Assembly (NCBI RefSeq): GCF_963921235.1
Contig: NC_086097.1
Span: forward strand, 235,974,001-236,038,000
Origin: Mobula hypostoma
Lineage: Eukaryota
Direction of reading: 5' to 3'
DNA: 64,000 nucleotides
Under the pieces are notes generated by a model. The model searched no databases. It saw only the letters and a program-made list of their open reading frames with translations, and had not been told where the DNA came from. Positions 12,492 through 23,819 of the stretch are shown one piece after another (position 1 is the first letter of the stretch; each line of letters starts with the position of its first letter). The position numbers and the translations under genes were made by a program.

Positions 12492-14368
12492 GAGATGTTC
12501 TCAGGAAAATGTACAGCAGAAATGTGGCAAATGTTCAGTGAGCATTTGCAGGGCGTTCTGCACAGGTATTGAGTCAGGGGAACAGATGGTAGGATAAAAG
12601 AACTATGGCGTACAAAAGGTGTAGAAAATCTAGTTAAGAAGAAAAGAAAAAAGATTACGGAAGGTTCAAGAAACTAGGTACTGTTAGAGCTCTAGAAAAA
12701 TAACAAGGGTGCCAGGAAGGAGCTCAAGAATGAAATTAGGAGAGCTAGAAGGGGTCTTGATAAGGCCTTGGATAGCAGGATTAAGAAAAACCCCAAGGCA
12801 TTCTACAAGTATGAGAAGACCAAGAGGATGAGCCGTGTGAAAATAAGACCAAACAGGACTGAGGGTGGAAACATGTGCATGGAACTGGAGGAAGTAGCGG
12901 AGGTACTTACTAAATACTTTGCTTCTGTATTCACCAGTGAAAAGGACCTTGACAGTTGTGGGGATGACTTAAATTGGACTAAAACGCTTGAGTATATAGA
13001 CCTTAAGGAAAAGGATGTGCTGGAGCTCTTGAATGATATTAAGTTAGATAAGTCACTGGGACCAGATGAGATATAACCCAGGTTACTGTGGGAAGTGAGG
13101 GAGGAAATTGCTGAGCCTCTGGCGATGATCTTTGTATCATCAATAGAGATGGGAGAAGTACCAGAAGTTTGGAAGGTTGTAAATATTGTTCCCTTGTTCA
13201 AGAAAGGGAGCAGAGGTAATTCAGGTAATTATAGACAGTGAGTCTTACTTCAGTGGTAGGCAAGCTGTTGGAGAAGATCCTGAGAGGCAGAATTTATGAG
13301 TATTTGGAGAGAGATAATCTGATTAGGGATAGTCAACATTGCTTTGTCAGGGGCAGGTCATGCCTTACGAACCTGATTGAACTCTTTGAGGATGTAACAA
13401 AACATATTGATGAAGGTAGAGCAGTGGATGTAGTGTATATGGATTTCAGTAAGGCATTTTATAAGGTTTCCCTTGCAAGGCTCATTCAGAAAGTAAGGAG
13501 GCATGAGATCCAAGGAGACCTTGCTTTGTGGATCCAGAACTGGCTTTCAAAGGATGGTTGTGGATGGTTCCTATTCTGCATGGAGGATGGTGACCAGTGG
13601 TTTTCTATATTAATATAATATTAATGATAAGACTCTTGGTAGTGTGGAGGATCAGCAAGGTCTTAGGGTCCGTGTGCATAGGACACTCAAAGCTTCTGCG
13701 CAGGTTGACACTGTCGTTAAGAAGGCATATGGTGTGTTGGCCTTCATCAACTGTGGGATTGAGTTCAAGGGTTGTGAGGTAATGTTATAGCAATATAAGA
13801 CCTTAGTTACACCTGACAGAGTACTGTATTCAGTTTTGGTCACCTCATTACGGGAAGGATTTGGAAGCTATGGAGAGAGTACAGAGGAGATTTACAAGGA
13901 TGTTGCCTGAAGTGGAGAGCATGCCATATGAGAATAGGTGGAGTGTACTTGGTCTTTTCTCTTTGGAGTAATAGAGGCTGAGAGGTGATCCAACAGATGT
14001 GTATAAGATGATGAGAGGCATTGATCATGTCGACAGCTAGAGGCTTTTTTCCAGGGCTGAAATGGCTAATACCAGGGGGCATAGTTTTAAGGTGTTTGGA
14101 AGTAGGTACAAGGGGGATGTCAAAGGTAAGTTTTTCACAGAGAGTGGTGGGTGCATGGAATGCACTGCCAGCAAAAGTGGTAGAGGCAGATACAATAGGG
14201 TCTTTTAAGAGACACTTAGATAGGTACATGGAGCTTAGAAAAATAGAGGGCTATGCACTGGGGAAATTCTAGGCATCTTCTAGGATAGATACATGGTCGG
14301 CACGACATTGTGGTCCAAAAGGCCTGTAATATGCTGTAGATTTCCTTTGTTCAATGTTCTATGTTCTA
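12492..14368 (+). mobile_element. CR1 LINE, 5'-truncated ORF2 and 3' tail
   Basis: SLTSVVGKLLEKI, AVDVVYMDFSKAF motifs; internal RT deletion near 13610; (ATGTTCT)n tail. Confidence 0.9.
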
Positions 14369-14374
14369 CATCTC

Positions 14375-14672
14375 CAGAAGGCTGAACAGTGCAACCTGGT
14401 GTCCCACGTGAACCACCCTTCACATTTGGCCACCCATGGGTCATTTTAGGGCCCAGCTACTGTAACTTCTCTTCATCCATGCCTCACCTGGCTATCTCTG
14501 AGAGTTCTTTTATAGCTTGCCTCCAGCCCTGGCCTTAGACTCCTAGTCCCTTCAGCAATCTGACCACAGAAGTAGCCACAAATCATCTAGAGCCAACCTC
14601 TACTCAAAAAGTCTACACCTTCCATCCATGCTGCGTAGAATCTGTGATGAGCTCAGCATATCTTACATGTTT
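14375..14672 (-). mobile_element. HERO/R2-group LINE 3' fragment (restriction-like endonuclease end)
   Basis: Reverse strand reads RYAEL....QHGWKV...VEVGSR.FVATSVVRLLKGLGV.GQGWRQAIKELSE, matching the C-terminal pattern of RLE-encoding LINEs. Confidence 0.6.
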
Positions 14673-15160
14673 CCGCTCATCTGACTGAGCACCAACACTC
14701 TGTCCACCTGAAAAGCAGGATCTCCCAATGGCCACGCATTTTAATTCTACTTCCCATTCCCATATGAAAATGCATGGCCTCCTCCGCTTCATGATGGGAC
14801 TCGAACTTCCGATAATGCCCCCCCACACACCCCTTCCTTCACTATTTCCCATCCTCTTTTTCCTCTCTCACTTTATCTCTTTGCCTGCCTGTCACCTCTC
14901 TCTGGTGCTCCTCTGCCCTTCTTTCTTCCATGGCCTTTTTCTCTTTTACCAATTGACTTCCCAGCTCTTTACTTCATCCCCTCTCCCTTCAAGTTTCACT
15001 TATCACCTGGTGTTTCTCTCTCCCCTCCCTTCACCTTTTAAATCTACTCCTCAGCTTTTTTTCTCCAGTCCTGCCAAAGGGTTTCAGCTGGAAACGTCGA
15101 TTGTACTCAATGCTGCCTGGCCTGCTGAGTTCCTCCAGCATTTTGTGTGTGTTGCTTGAG
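14673..15160 (+). mobile_element. Older Neptune-type PLE 3' fragment
   Basis: KQDLPMATHFNSTSHSH GIY-YIG remnant; degenerate hammerhead at about 15066-15103; pLTR end GTGTGTGTTGCTTGA. Confidence 0.75.
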
Positions 15161-15164
15161 CTTC

Positions 15165-15640
15165 TATCTGAGTGTGTTTATAGGTTTAAAAAGGCGCAGG
15201 GATTTGGTGTTTGTTGAAAATCCTTCTGAATTTCTTTGAAACTCCAGCTATATATAGGATGACCATCTTCTCCCGTCTGCTTATCTCTGCCTGTTGGGCT
15301 GATATCCCTGCTGTTTTTTGTTGCTTGAAGAAGGTCCAGTCAGGGTAGCAACAAATTTTCAAAACTTCTCTCAGGTACTTGTCCACACCTCCATCCATGC
15401 AAAGATAAGACTAATGATATCTCAATACTTCTATGATTCTTAACAATCCTCATGTGATTATTATACTTTTAACCAACTCACAGAGTTTTTAAGCCGGAAA
15501 ACCACCCACCATGGATCAGACCTGAAGAAGCCTCTTGGATAAGTGGTGAAATGTCGTTTAGACAACTCAGCAAGTCCAGTTGCTTTGGTTTACTACCGCT
15601 AGATATACAATGACCTAGATGATTGAGAACCTTCATAGGC
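15165..15640. mobile_element. Second PLE family (Poseidon-like): RT C-terminal remnant (-) and pLTR with hammerhead (+)
   Basis: ORF 15186-15398 CYPDWTF..YIAGVSKKFRRIFNKHQIP; GAC-CTGAAGA-AGCCTCTTGGATAAGTGGT-GAAATGTC at 15519-15555. Confidence 0.65.
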
Positions 15641-15765
15641 ATATTCTTTCATTATACTGTTACTTTTGTCCAATGACCTTTCTTCCAAAATCAGGAGAAA
15701 ACTAAAATCCAAGTAGCTTGTAGTTTTACAGACACAAGAGTTGGCTAAAAACTGGAGCCCAAAAC

Positions 15766-16300
15766 ATAGACAGATAGATAGATATACTTTATTGATCCCG
15801 AGGGAAATTGGGTTTCGTTACAGCTGCACCAACCAAGAACAGAGCATAAATATAGCAATATAAAAATGACAAACAATCAAACAACAAAATGCAAACTATG
15901 CCAGATGGAAATAAGTCCAGGACCAGCCTATTGGCTCAGGCTGTCCGACCCTCCACGGGAGGAGTTGCAAGATTCGATGGCCACAGGCAGGAGCAAACTC
16001 CCGTGCCGCCCAGTGTTGTATCTTGGTGGAATATGGCCGGAGTCCAACAGCAAAAAAGTTCAATATCCAGTCTACAAACACGTTCCTCGATCGTAATATG
16101 ACCAGGATTGCACCATCCGTTGTTAACCAGAACAGTAAGCCCCCAACTCCTTTACGCTTATCGCTCTCAGTGCACTTCTGGTCAGCCCGAATGGTCTGGA
16201 AGCCCTCCATGGAAAAGTTTTGGTCGGGTATGTCCTCATACAGCCCCATTTCAGTGCACTCCCAAAATGTTCTCTGACTCCTGGCTAGCCTCAACAAGCC
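15766..16300 (-). mobile_element. Non-autonomous bipartite Rex1 derivative, copy 1 (5'-truncated)
   Basis: Endonuclease fragment (EGFQTIRAD..ESDKRKG; LDIELFAVGLRPY) joined directly to the last RT codons, 3' UTR and (TATC)n tail. Confidence 0.8.
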
Positions 16301-16334
16301 TCAACATAAAATTTTGATTTGAAGTGCATTACAG

Positions 16335-19300
16335 TATCTTTACAGTATGGTTCCTTTGGAGTATGGAGATGAAGCAGGTACTAGAGAGTACCCTAGCAGC
16401 TGTCCCCCTTAACAATAAGTGCTCCTGTTTGAGTACTACTGGGGGGGGATGGCCTAGCTGGTGGAAGCAACAGTGGTCACGCCTCTGACACAGAGTCTGG
16501 CCCTGTGGCTTAGATGGGTAGGGAAAGGAAGAGGATGGCAGCAGTGATAGGGGACTCTATAGTTAGGGGGTCAGATAGGCAATTCTGTGGATGCAGGTGT
16601 CACTTACCCCGTGATGGGTTAAAGATCCAGCAGAAATGGAAAACACTTTGGAGTCCAGTATTGCTATTAACTAATGGTATTTATTAGTAACTATGCAATA
16701 CAGTAATATAAATGCAGTTATATCAAATAGGTTGCAATGATTATACATATAAGTAAGTGTGGAAGTATATGAAAACCAAGCTTCTTCAAGTCTAGGGGTA
16801 AATAGATAGTCTTATAATGATGAGTAAAGTTCAGTTCAGTTCGTGGTATTGAGTTGAGTAGTGATGGAGAGAGAGAGAGAGATTTGAGTATTCAAATGAG
16901 CTGATGCCATCGATCTTCCCGTTGTCCTCCGAAATCCTTTAGAAGTAACTGACTGTGATCACAACAAAGGGGACCATTCTTCTGTGGTGGAATTCTCAAC
17001 ACAGGTGAGGGTTAGACACACGAATAACTCTCCACCGGTCACACCCTTATCACACTGCGAGAGCCACTGATCAATCCTCCAAAACCCACCTTTTCTGTGT
17101 CCAAAACCATGTGTCTGCAGGTCTATCATCTGATCTTCTATTTATCTCACCGTGCTGAATACCAACTGTCTCTCAAGTTACTTCTCCCTTCTCTCTCTGT
17201 AAGAACTTACAAGCAGGCAGCGTCCTTGTAGAAAGTATAAATAAACTGTGAGCAGTCTCCGCCTCCCTCTCTCTTTCTTTCTCTATCTTTTTAACAAGGT
17301 GTCTGTGTTCCGCAACTCTCTCTCTCTCTCTTTTAAAAGCACAGTTCATAGGGGTAATTCAGGATTCCGTCACACAGGAAAGAAACGTGGATGGTAGTTT
17401 ACCAGGGACCGGAATGTTTCTGATCGCATTCACGATATCATGAAGTGGGAAGAAGAACAGCCAGAGGTTGTGATACATATTGGTACCAACGACATAGGTA
17501 GGAAAAGGGAGGAGGTCCTAAAAAATGACTACAGGGAGTTGGAAAAGAAGTTGAGAAGCAAGCCTGCAAAGGTAGTAATCTCGGGATTATTGCCTGTGCC
17601 ATGTGACAGTGAGTATAGGAATAGAATGAGGTGGTGGATAAATGCGTGGCTGAGGGATTAGAGCAAGGGGCAGGGATTCAGATTTCTGGATCATTGGGAC
17701 CTCTTCTGGAGCAGGTGTGACCTGTACAAAAAGAATGGGTTGCACTTGAATCCAAGAGGGACCAATATCCTGGCGGCAAGGTTTGCTAAAGCTATTGGGG
17801 AGAGTTTAAACTACAATTGCTGGGGGAGTGGGGACCGAACTGAAGTGATGGAGGAAAGGGAGGTTGGCTCGCAAATAGAGTAAGTTTGGAGACAGTGTGA
17901 AAGGGAGGATAGGCAGGTGATAGAGAGGGGATGCACTCAGTCCGATGGTTTAAGATGTGTCTATTTTAATGCCAGGAGTATCATGAATAAAGCCGATGAG
18001 CTTAGAGCATGAATCAGCACTTGGAACTATGATGTTGTGGCCATTACAGAGACTTGAATGGTGCACGGACAGGAATGGCTACTTCAAGTGCCAGGCTTTA
18101 GATGTTTCAGAAAGGACAGGGAGGGAGGCAAAAGAGGTGGGAGCATGGCACTGTTGATCAGAGATAGTGTCACAGCTACAGAAAAGGAGGAAGTCATGGA
18201 GTGGTTGTCTACAGAGTCTCTGTGGGTGGAAGTTAGGAATAAGAAGGGGTTCATAACTCTACTGGGTGTATTTTATATACCACCCAATAGTAACAGGGAC
18301 ATCAAGGAGCAGATAGGGAGACAGATTCTGGAAAGGAGTAATAATAACAGGGTCGATGTGGTAGGAGATTTTAATATTCCAAATATGGATTGACATCTCT
18401 CTAGAGTTTAGGTGGGGTAGAGTTTGTTAGGGGTGTTCAGGAAGGTTTCTTGACACAATATGTGGATAAGCCTGCAAGAAGAAAGGCTGTACTTGATCTG
18501 CTATTGGGAAATGAACCTGGTCAGGTGTCAGGTCTCTCAGTGAGAGAGCATTTTGCAGATAGTGATCACAATTCTATCTCCTTTACCACAGCATTGGAGA
18601 GGGATAGGAACAGACAAGTTAGGAAAATGTTTAATTGGAGTAAGGGGAAATAGAAAGCTACTAGGCAGGAACTTGGAATCATAAATTGGAAACAGATGTT
18701 TTCAGGAAAATGTACAGAAGAAATGTGGCAAATGTTCAGGGGATATTTGCGTGGGGTTCTGAGTAGGTACGTTCCAATGAGACATGGAAAGGATAGTAGG
18801 GTACGAGATCCGTCGTGTACAAAGGCTGTTGTAAAACTAGTCAAGAAGAAAAGAAGAGCTTATGAAAGTTTCAAAGAACTAGGTAATGATATGAATTTAG
18901 AAGATTATAAGGCTAGCAGGAAGGATCTTAAGGATGAAATTAGGAGAGCCAGAAGGGGCAATGAGAAGGCCTTGGTGGACAGGATTAAGGAAAACCCCAA
19001 GGCATTCTACAAATATATGAAGAGCAAGAGGATAAGATGTGAGAGAATAGGTCCAATCAAGTGTGACAGTGGAAAAGTGTGTATGGGACCAGAGGAAATA
19101 GCGGAGGTACTTTATTAATACTTTGCTTCAGTATTTACTACGGAAAAGGATCTAGGCAATTGTAGGGATGACTTGCAGTGGACTGAAAAGCCTGAGAATG
19201 TAGATTTTAAGGAAAAGGATGTGCTGGAGCTTTTGGAAAGCATCAAGTTGGATAAGTCACCGGGACTGGACGGGATGTACCCTAGGCTACTGTAGGAAGT

Positions 19301-20788
19301 GATGGAGGAGATTGCTGAGCCTCTGCCAATGATCTTTGCATCACCAATGAGGATGAAAGAGGTTCTGGAGGATTGGAGAATTGAGGATGTTGTTCCCTTA
19401 TTCAAAAAAGGGAGTAGGTATAACCCAGGAAATTTTAGGCCAGTGAGTCTTACTTCAGTGGTTGGTAAATTGATGGAGAAGATCCTGAGAGACTGGATTT
19501 ATGAACATTTGGAGAGGTATAATATAATTAGGAATAGTCAGCATGCCTTTGTCATAGGTAAGTCGTGCCTTACGAGCATGATTAAATTTTTTGAGGATGT
19601 GACTAAGTACATTGATGAAGGTAGAGCCGTAGATGTAGTGTATATGGATTTTAGCAAGGCATTTGATAAGGTACCACATGCAAAGCTTATTGAGAAAGTA
19701 AGGAGGCATGGGATCCAAGGGGACATTGCTTTGTGGATCCAGAACTGGCTTGCCCACAGAAGGCAAAGAGTGGTTGCAGATGGGTCATATTCTGCATGGA
19801 GGCCGGTGACCAGTGGTGTGTCTCAGGGACCTGTTCTGGGACCCCTACTCTTTGTGATTTTTATAAATGATCTGGATGAGGAAGTGGAGGGATGGGTTAG
19901 TAAATTTGCTGATGACACAAAGGTTTGGGGTGTTGTGGATAGTGTGGGGGACTGTCAGAGGTTACAACAGGACATAGATGGGATGCAAAGCTGGGCTGAG
20001 AAGTGGCAGATGGAGTTCAACCCAGATAAGTGTGAGGTGGTTCATTTTGATAGGTCAAATATGATGGCAGAATATATCATTAATGGTAGGACTCTTGGCA
20101 GGGTGAAGGGTCAGAGGGATCTTGGGGCCCGAATCAATAGGACGCTCAAAGCAGCTGTGCAGGTTGACTCTGTGGTTAAGAAGGCATACGGTGTATTGGC
20201 CTTCATCAATCGTGGAATTGTATTTAGGAGCTGAGAGGTAATGTTGAAGCTATATAGGACCCTGGTCAGACCCCACTTGGAGTACTGTGCTCAGTACTGG
20301 TCGCCTCACAATAGGAAGAATGTGGAAACCATAGAAAGGGTGCAGGGAAGACTTACAAGGATGTTGCCTGGATTGGGGAGCATGTCTTATGAGAATTGGT
20401 TGAGTGAACTCGGCATTTTCTCCTTGGAGCGACGGAGGATAAGAGGTGACCTGATAGAGGTGTACAAGATAAAGAGAGGCATTGATCGTGTGGATAGTCA
20501 GAGGTTTCTCCCCAGGGCTGAAATGGCTAGCAGGAGAGGGCATAGTTTTAAGGTGCTTGGAAGTAGGTACAGAGTAGATGTCAAGTTCGGTTTTTTACGC
20601 TGAGAGTGGTGAATGTGTGTAATGGGCGGCCGGCGGCAGTGGTGGAGGCGGAAACAATAGGGTCTTTTAAGAGACTCCTGGATGGCTACATGGAGCTTAG
20701 AAAAATAGAGGGCTAAGGTAGGGATATGTTCGGCACAGCTTTGTGGGCCAAAGGGCCTGCATTGTGCTGTATGTTTTCTATGTTTCTG
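16335..20788 (+). mobile_element. CR1 LINE, near full length, inactivated
   Basis: ORF1 SGNH esterase (IGDSIVRG, IHIGTNDIG, GLHLNPRG); ORF2 APE (YFNARS, VGDFN, DSDHN) and RT (YMDFSKAFD, SKFADD) broken by stops; 3' tail. Confidence 0.95.
16598..17374 (-). mobile_element. Solo LTR (777 bp, Gypsy or ERV type) in CR1 ORF1
   Basis: TG...CA termini; 4-bp TSD CAGG at 16594-16597 and 17375-17378; AATAAA on the minus strand; ORF1 FCGCR|KETWMV resumes after it. Confidence 0.85.
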
Positions 20789-21199
20789 TGAGGGACTTCA
20801 TCACATTAATGATGAACTTGTAAATTTATTTCATGCCTAGATTGTTAAAAGTTGTTTGGGAAAGTAGAACACATCAATTCTTCATTAAAGACCTTTACAA
20901 ATGAAGCAAACCATCTTTTGATGGGGCTAATTACAACTTAGCTTTAAAAAATTTTTCTTATTTTCATCGTGCATGACTTACATCAATATCTCATTGGCTT
21001 CTTCTACACTTAAGTGTTCACTGCGATAAAATGGTCAACAAAGTTGTAAAATGAGAAAGACTTTTTTATCATAAGAGTCAAAAATTCATTGGAAGGTAAA
21101 TATGATTGCAAAGATAATCTTTATGATATCAATATTAATCTATAATTCACTAATTATTCTTTGCTCACATCTTGTGAAATATTAAATTATTTTATAGTT

Positions 21200-22350
21200 C
21201 AACAAGAGGAGGAGGTGTACTGGTTCTGGTACAGTATTGTGTAATGCGTTTGCTCTCTCAGTGGATAAACAGTTAGGCAATTATGACCACAGCTCCTTAA
21301 GTTTTCAGATAGCTATGGTCAAGAACAAGTACAGACCTTATGAGAGAGTATTAAACTGGAGTAGGGCAGATAATGAGCGCATTAGGCAGGAACAAGTGGG
21401 AGTTAATGGGAACAACTGTTTCTTGGTAGCTCCACATCTGATGTGTGGAGGGTGTTTAAATACCAACTGCACAGACAGAATGATGGCAAGCTGTGAGAAC
21501 CTTGGATGTCACAGGAGGTGATAAATTTATTAATGAAGAAAAAGGAAAAGTATGTAAAGCTGAGGAAGCTTGAAACAAATACAGCCCTAGAGGATTATAA
21601 AGAAGCCAGAAAAGATCTCAAGAAGGAAATTAGTAAAGCCAGGATGGACCATGGAAAGTCCTTGGCAAGTAGGATTAAAGAGAATCTCAGGGCATTCGCA
21701 CATTATGAACAAGAGGAAAACTAGGGAGAGGGCAGGACCTCTCAATAATAAAGTGGGGAACAATCTACTTGGAAGCGAAGAATGTGGGTGAGGTCCTTTC
21801 GAGTACCTTGCATCAGCATTTACCAAGGAGAAGGACATGGAGGACAGGGAGATCGGTGAAGAGCGTATTGATACACTAGGGCATTTTGAAGTAAAGGAGA
21901 AGTTAATGTTGGGTCTATTAAAAGAAAGCATTGAGGGAGATGCCCCAGGGTCTGAAGGGATATATCCCAGGTTATTGAGAGAGGCAAGGGAAGAGATTGC
22001 TTGACCATTATCTTTGTGTCCTCTCTAGCTACATGTGAGGTCCTGGAGGACTGGCAGGTAGGTAATGTTGGGTTCTTTACACATACCGCGGGTTGTTAAG
22101 AACAAACCATATTCTGGAAGAATTAAAACTAGAACGTTTATTTACAACAGCAAACAACAAGCACATACAGTTTCTAGATCATTCTGTGATTTCTGCGCAT
22201 GCTCCCGACTCTGTCCAATCATGTTCTTACACGTGACGCATGATATCACCTCAGGTAATGTTGTTCCATTGTACAAGAAGGAAACCTGGATTAATCCTGG
22301 AAACTAAAGTCTGGTCAGTCTCATGTCAGTGGTAGGGAAATTACAAGAGG
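21200..22350 (+). mobile_element. CR1 ORF2 fragment, decayed
   Basis: DHSSLSF, LASRIKEN, YLASAFTKE, EDW...NVVPLYKK remnants. Confidence 0.8.
22066..22253 (-). mobile_element. Short solo LTR (188 bp)
   Basis: TG...CA ends; 5-bp TSD GGTAA at 22061-22065 and 22254-22258; AATAAA on the minus strand; interrupts CR1 RT. Confidence 0.75.
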
Positions 22351-22474
22351 AATGCGAAATAAAATTAAAATGGGTGGCCACCGGGGAATCATGCCTGTTG
22401 TGGCAGATGGAGTGAAGGTAGAGAAGTTGCAGAATCAGAATAGGAATCAAAATCAGAATTAGGTTCAATATCAC

Positions 22475-23588
22475 AATAACCTCGCGATCAAGTGCTATCC
22501 ATTTTACCTGCCAGGGGAGATTTCAGCGATCATTTTGACAGTGGTGTACATCCCAGCTCAGGCCAACATCAAGCAGGGTCTAGATAAACTCTACAATGTG
22601 ATCAACAGGCGTGAAATCATTTTGGGGGTTATTTTAACCAGGCCAGTTTGAAAAAGTCTCTGAATAATTATTATCAACAAATCACTTGCAGTACCAGAGG
22701 AACAAACACAGGGGGCCACTGATACACCACCATCAAGAGTGCCTACCATGCTATCCCACACTGACACTTTGGGAATTCTGATCACCTGGCTGTACTTCTA
22801 CTCCCTGAGAAAAGGCAGAGACTGGAGACTGCAGCACCAGTAGTGAGGGCCAAGAAGGTATGGACAAGGGAGCACAGGAGCGCTTAGAGAATTGATTTGA
22901 AACAGTGACCTGAACTGTATTCAGAGATTCATCTTTGTATCTGAATGAGTTCGTCACAGCTGTCACTGATGTCATTAAGACCTGTGTAGATGAATGTGTG
23001 TCTAGGAGAATTTATTGTGCTTACCCAAATCAAAAGCCTTGGATGAATCATAAGATCATAAGACCGTAAGATATAGAAGCAGAATTAGGCCACCTGGCCC
23101 ATCGATTCTGCTCTGCCATTCAATCATGGCTGATCCCTTTTATTTTCTCCTCCTCACCCCAGTTCCCGGCCTTCTCTCTGTAACATTTGATGCCATGTCC
23201 ATTCAAGAACCCATCAATCGCTGCCTTAAATACACCCAATGACCTGGCCTCCACTGCTGCATGTGGCAACAAGTTCCACAAATAAAGAAGTTGCAGAGGG
23301 TTGTAAATTTAGTCAGCTCCATCTTGGGTACCAGCCTACAAAGTACCCAGGACATCTTGAAGGAGCGGTGTCTTAAGGACCTCCAGCACCCAAGGCATGC
23401 CTTTTCTCATCGTTACCATCAGGTAGGAGGTTTTTTGCATGATATTTAACCTGTTCAATATATACATTTACTGTAATTAATTAATTTATTTATTATTACT
23501 ATTATGATTATTTTATTTATTTTTTTCTTGTATATTACATGTTGTATGGAACTGCTGCTGCTAAGTTAACAAATTTCACAACACATAT
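22475..23588 (+). mobile_element. Rex1/Babar fragments (endonuclease region and 3' end) separated by an antisense CR1 3' end (23049-23280)
   Basis: IKCYPFYLPGEISAIILTVVYIP, PNQKPWMN; KLQRVVN..SILG; CR1 (ATGGTCTT)n tail on the minus strand. Confidence 0.7.
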
Positions 23589-23819
23589 ATTTCAGACTTT
23601 TCAATTTTCTCCGTTTTGAAAATAGTCTGTGCTTTTATTCTTGTACCCAAGTACATGATCAAACACTTCCCGACACTGTACTCCATCTGCCACTCCTTTG
23701 CCCATTATCTTAATCTGTCTAAGTCCTTCAGCAGCCTCCCTGCTTCTCCACCTATCTTCATATCATCCATAAACTTGGCCATCAATTCCATCATCCAAAT
23801 CATTGACATAAAACATAAG

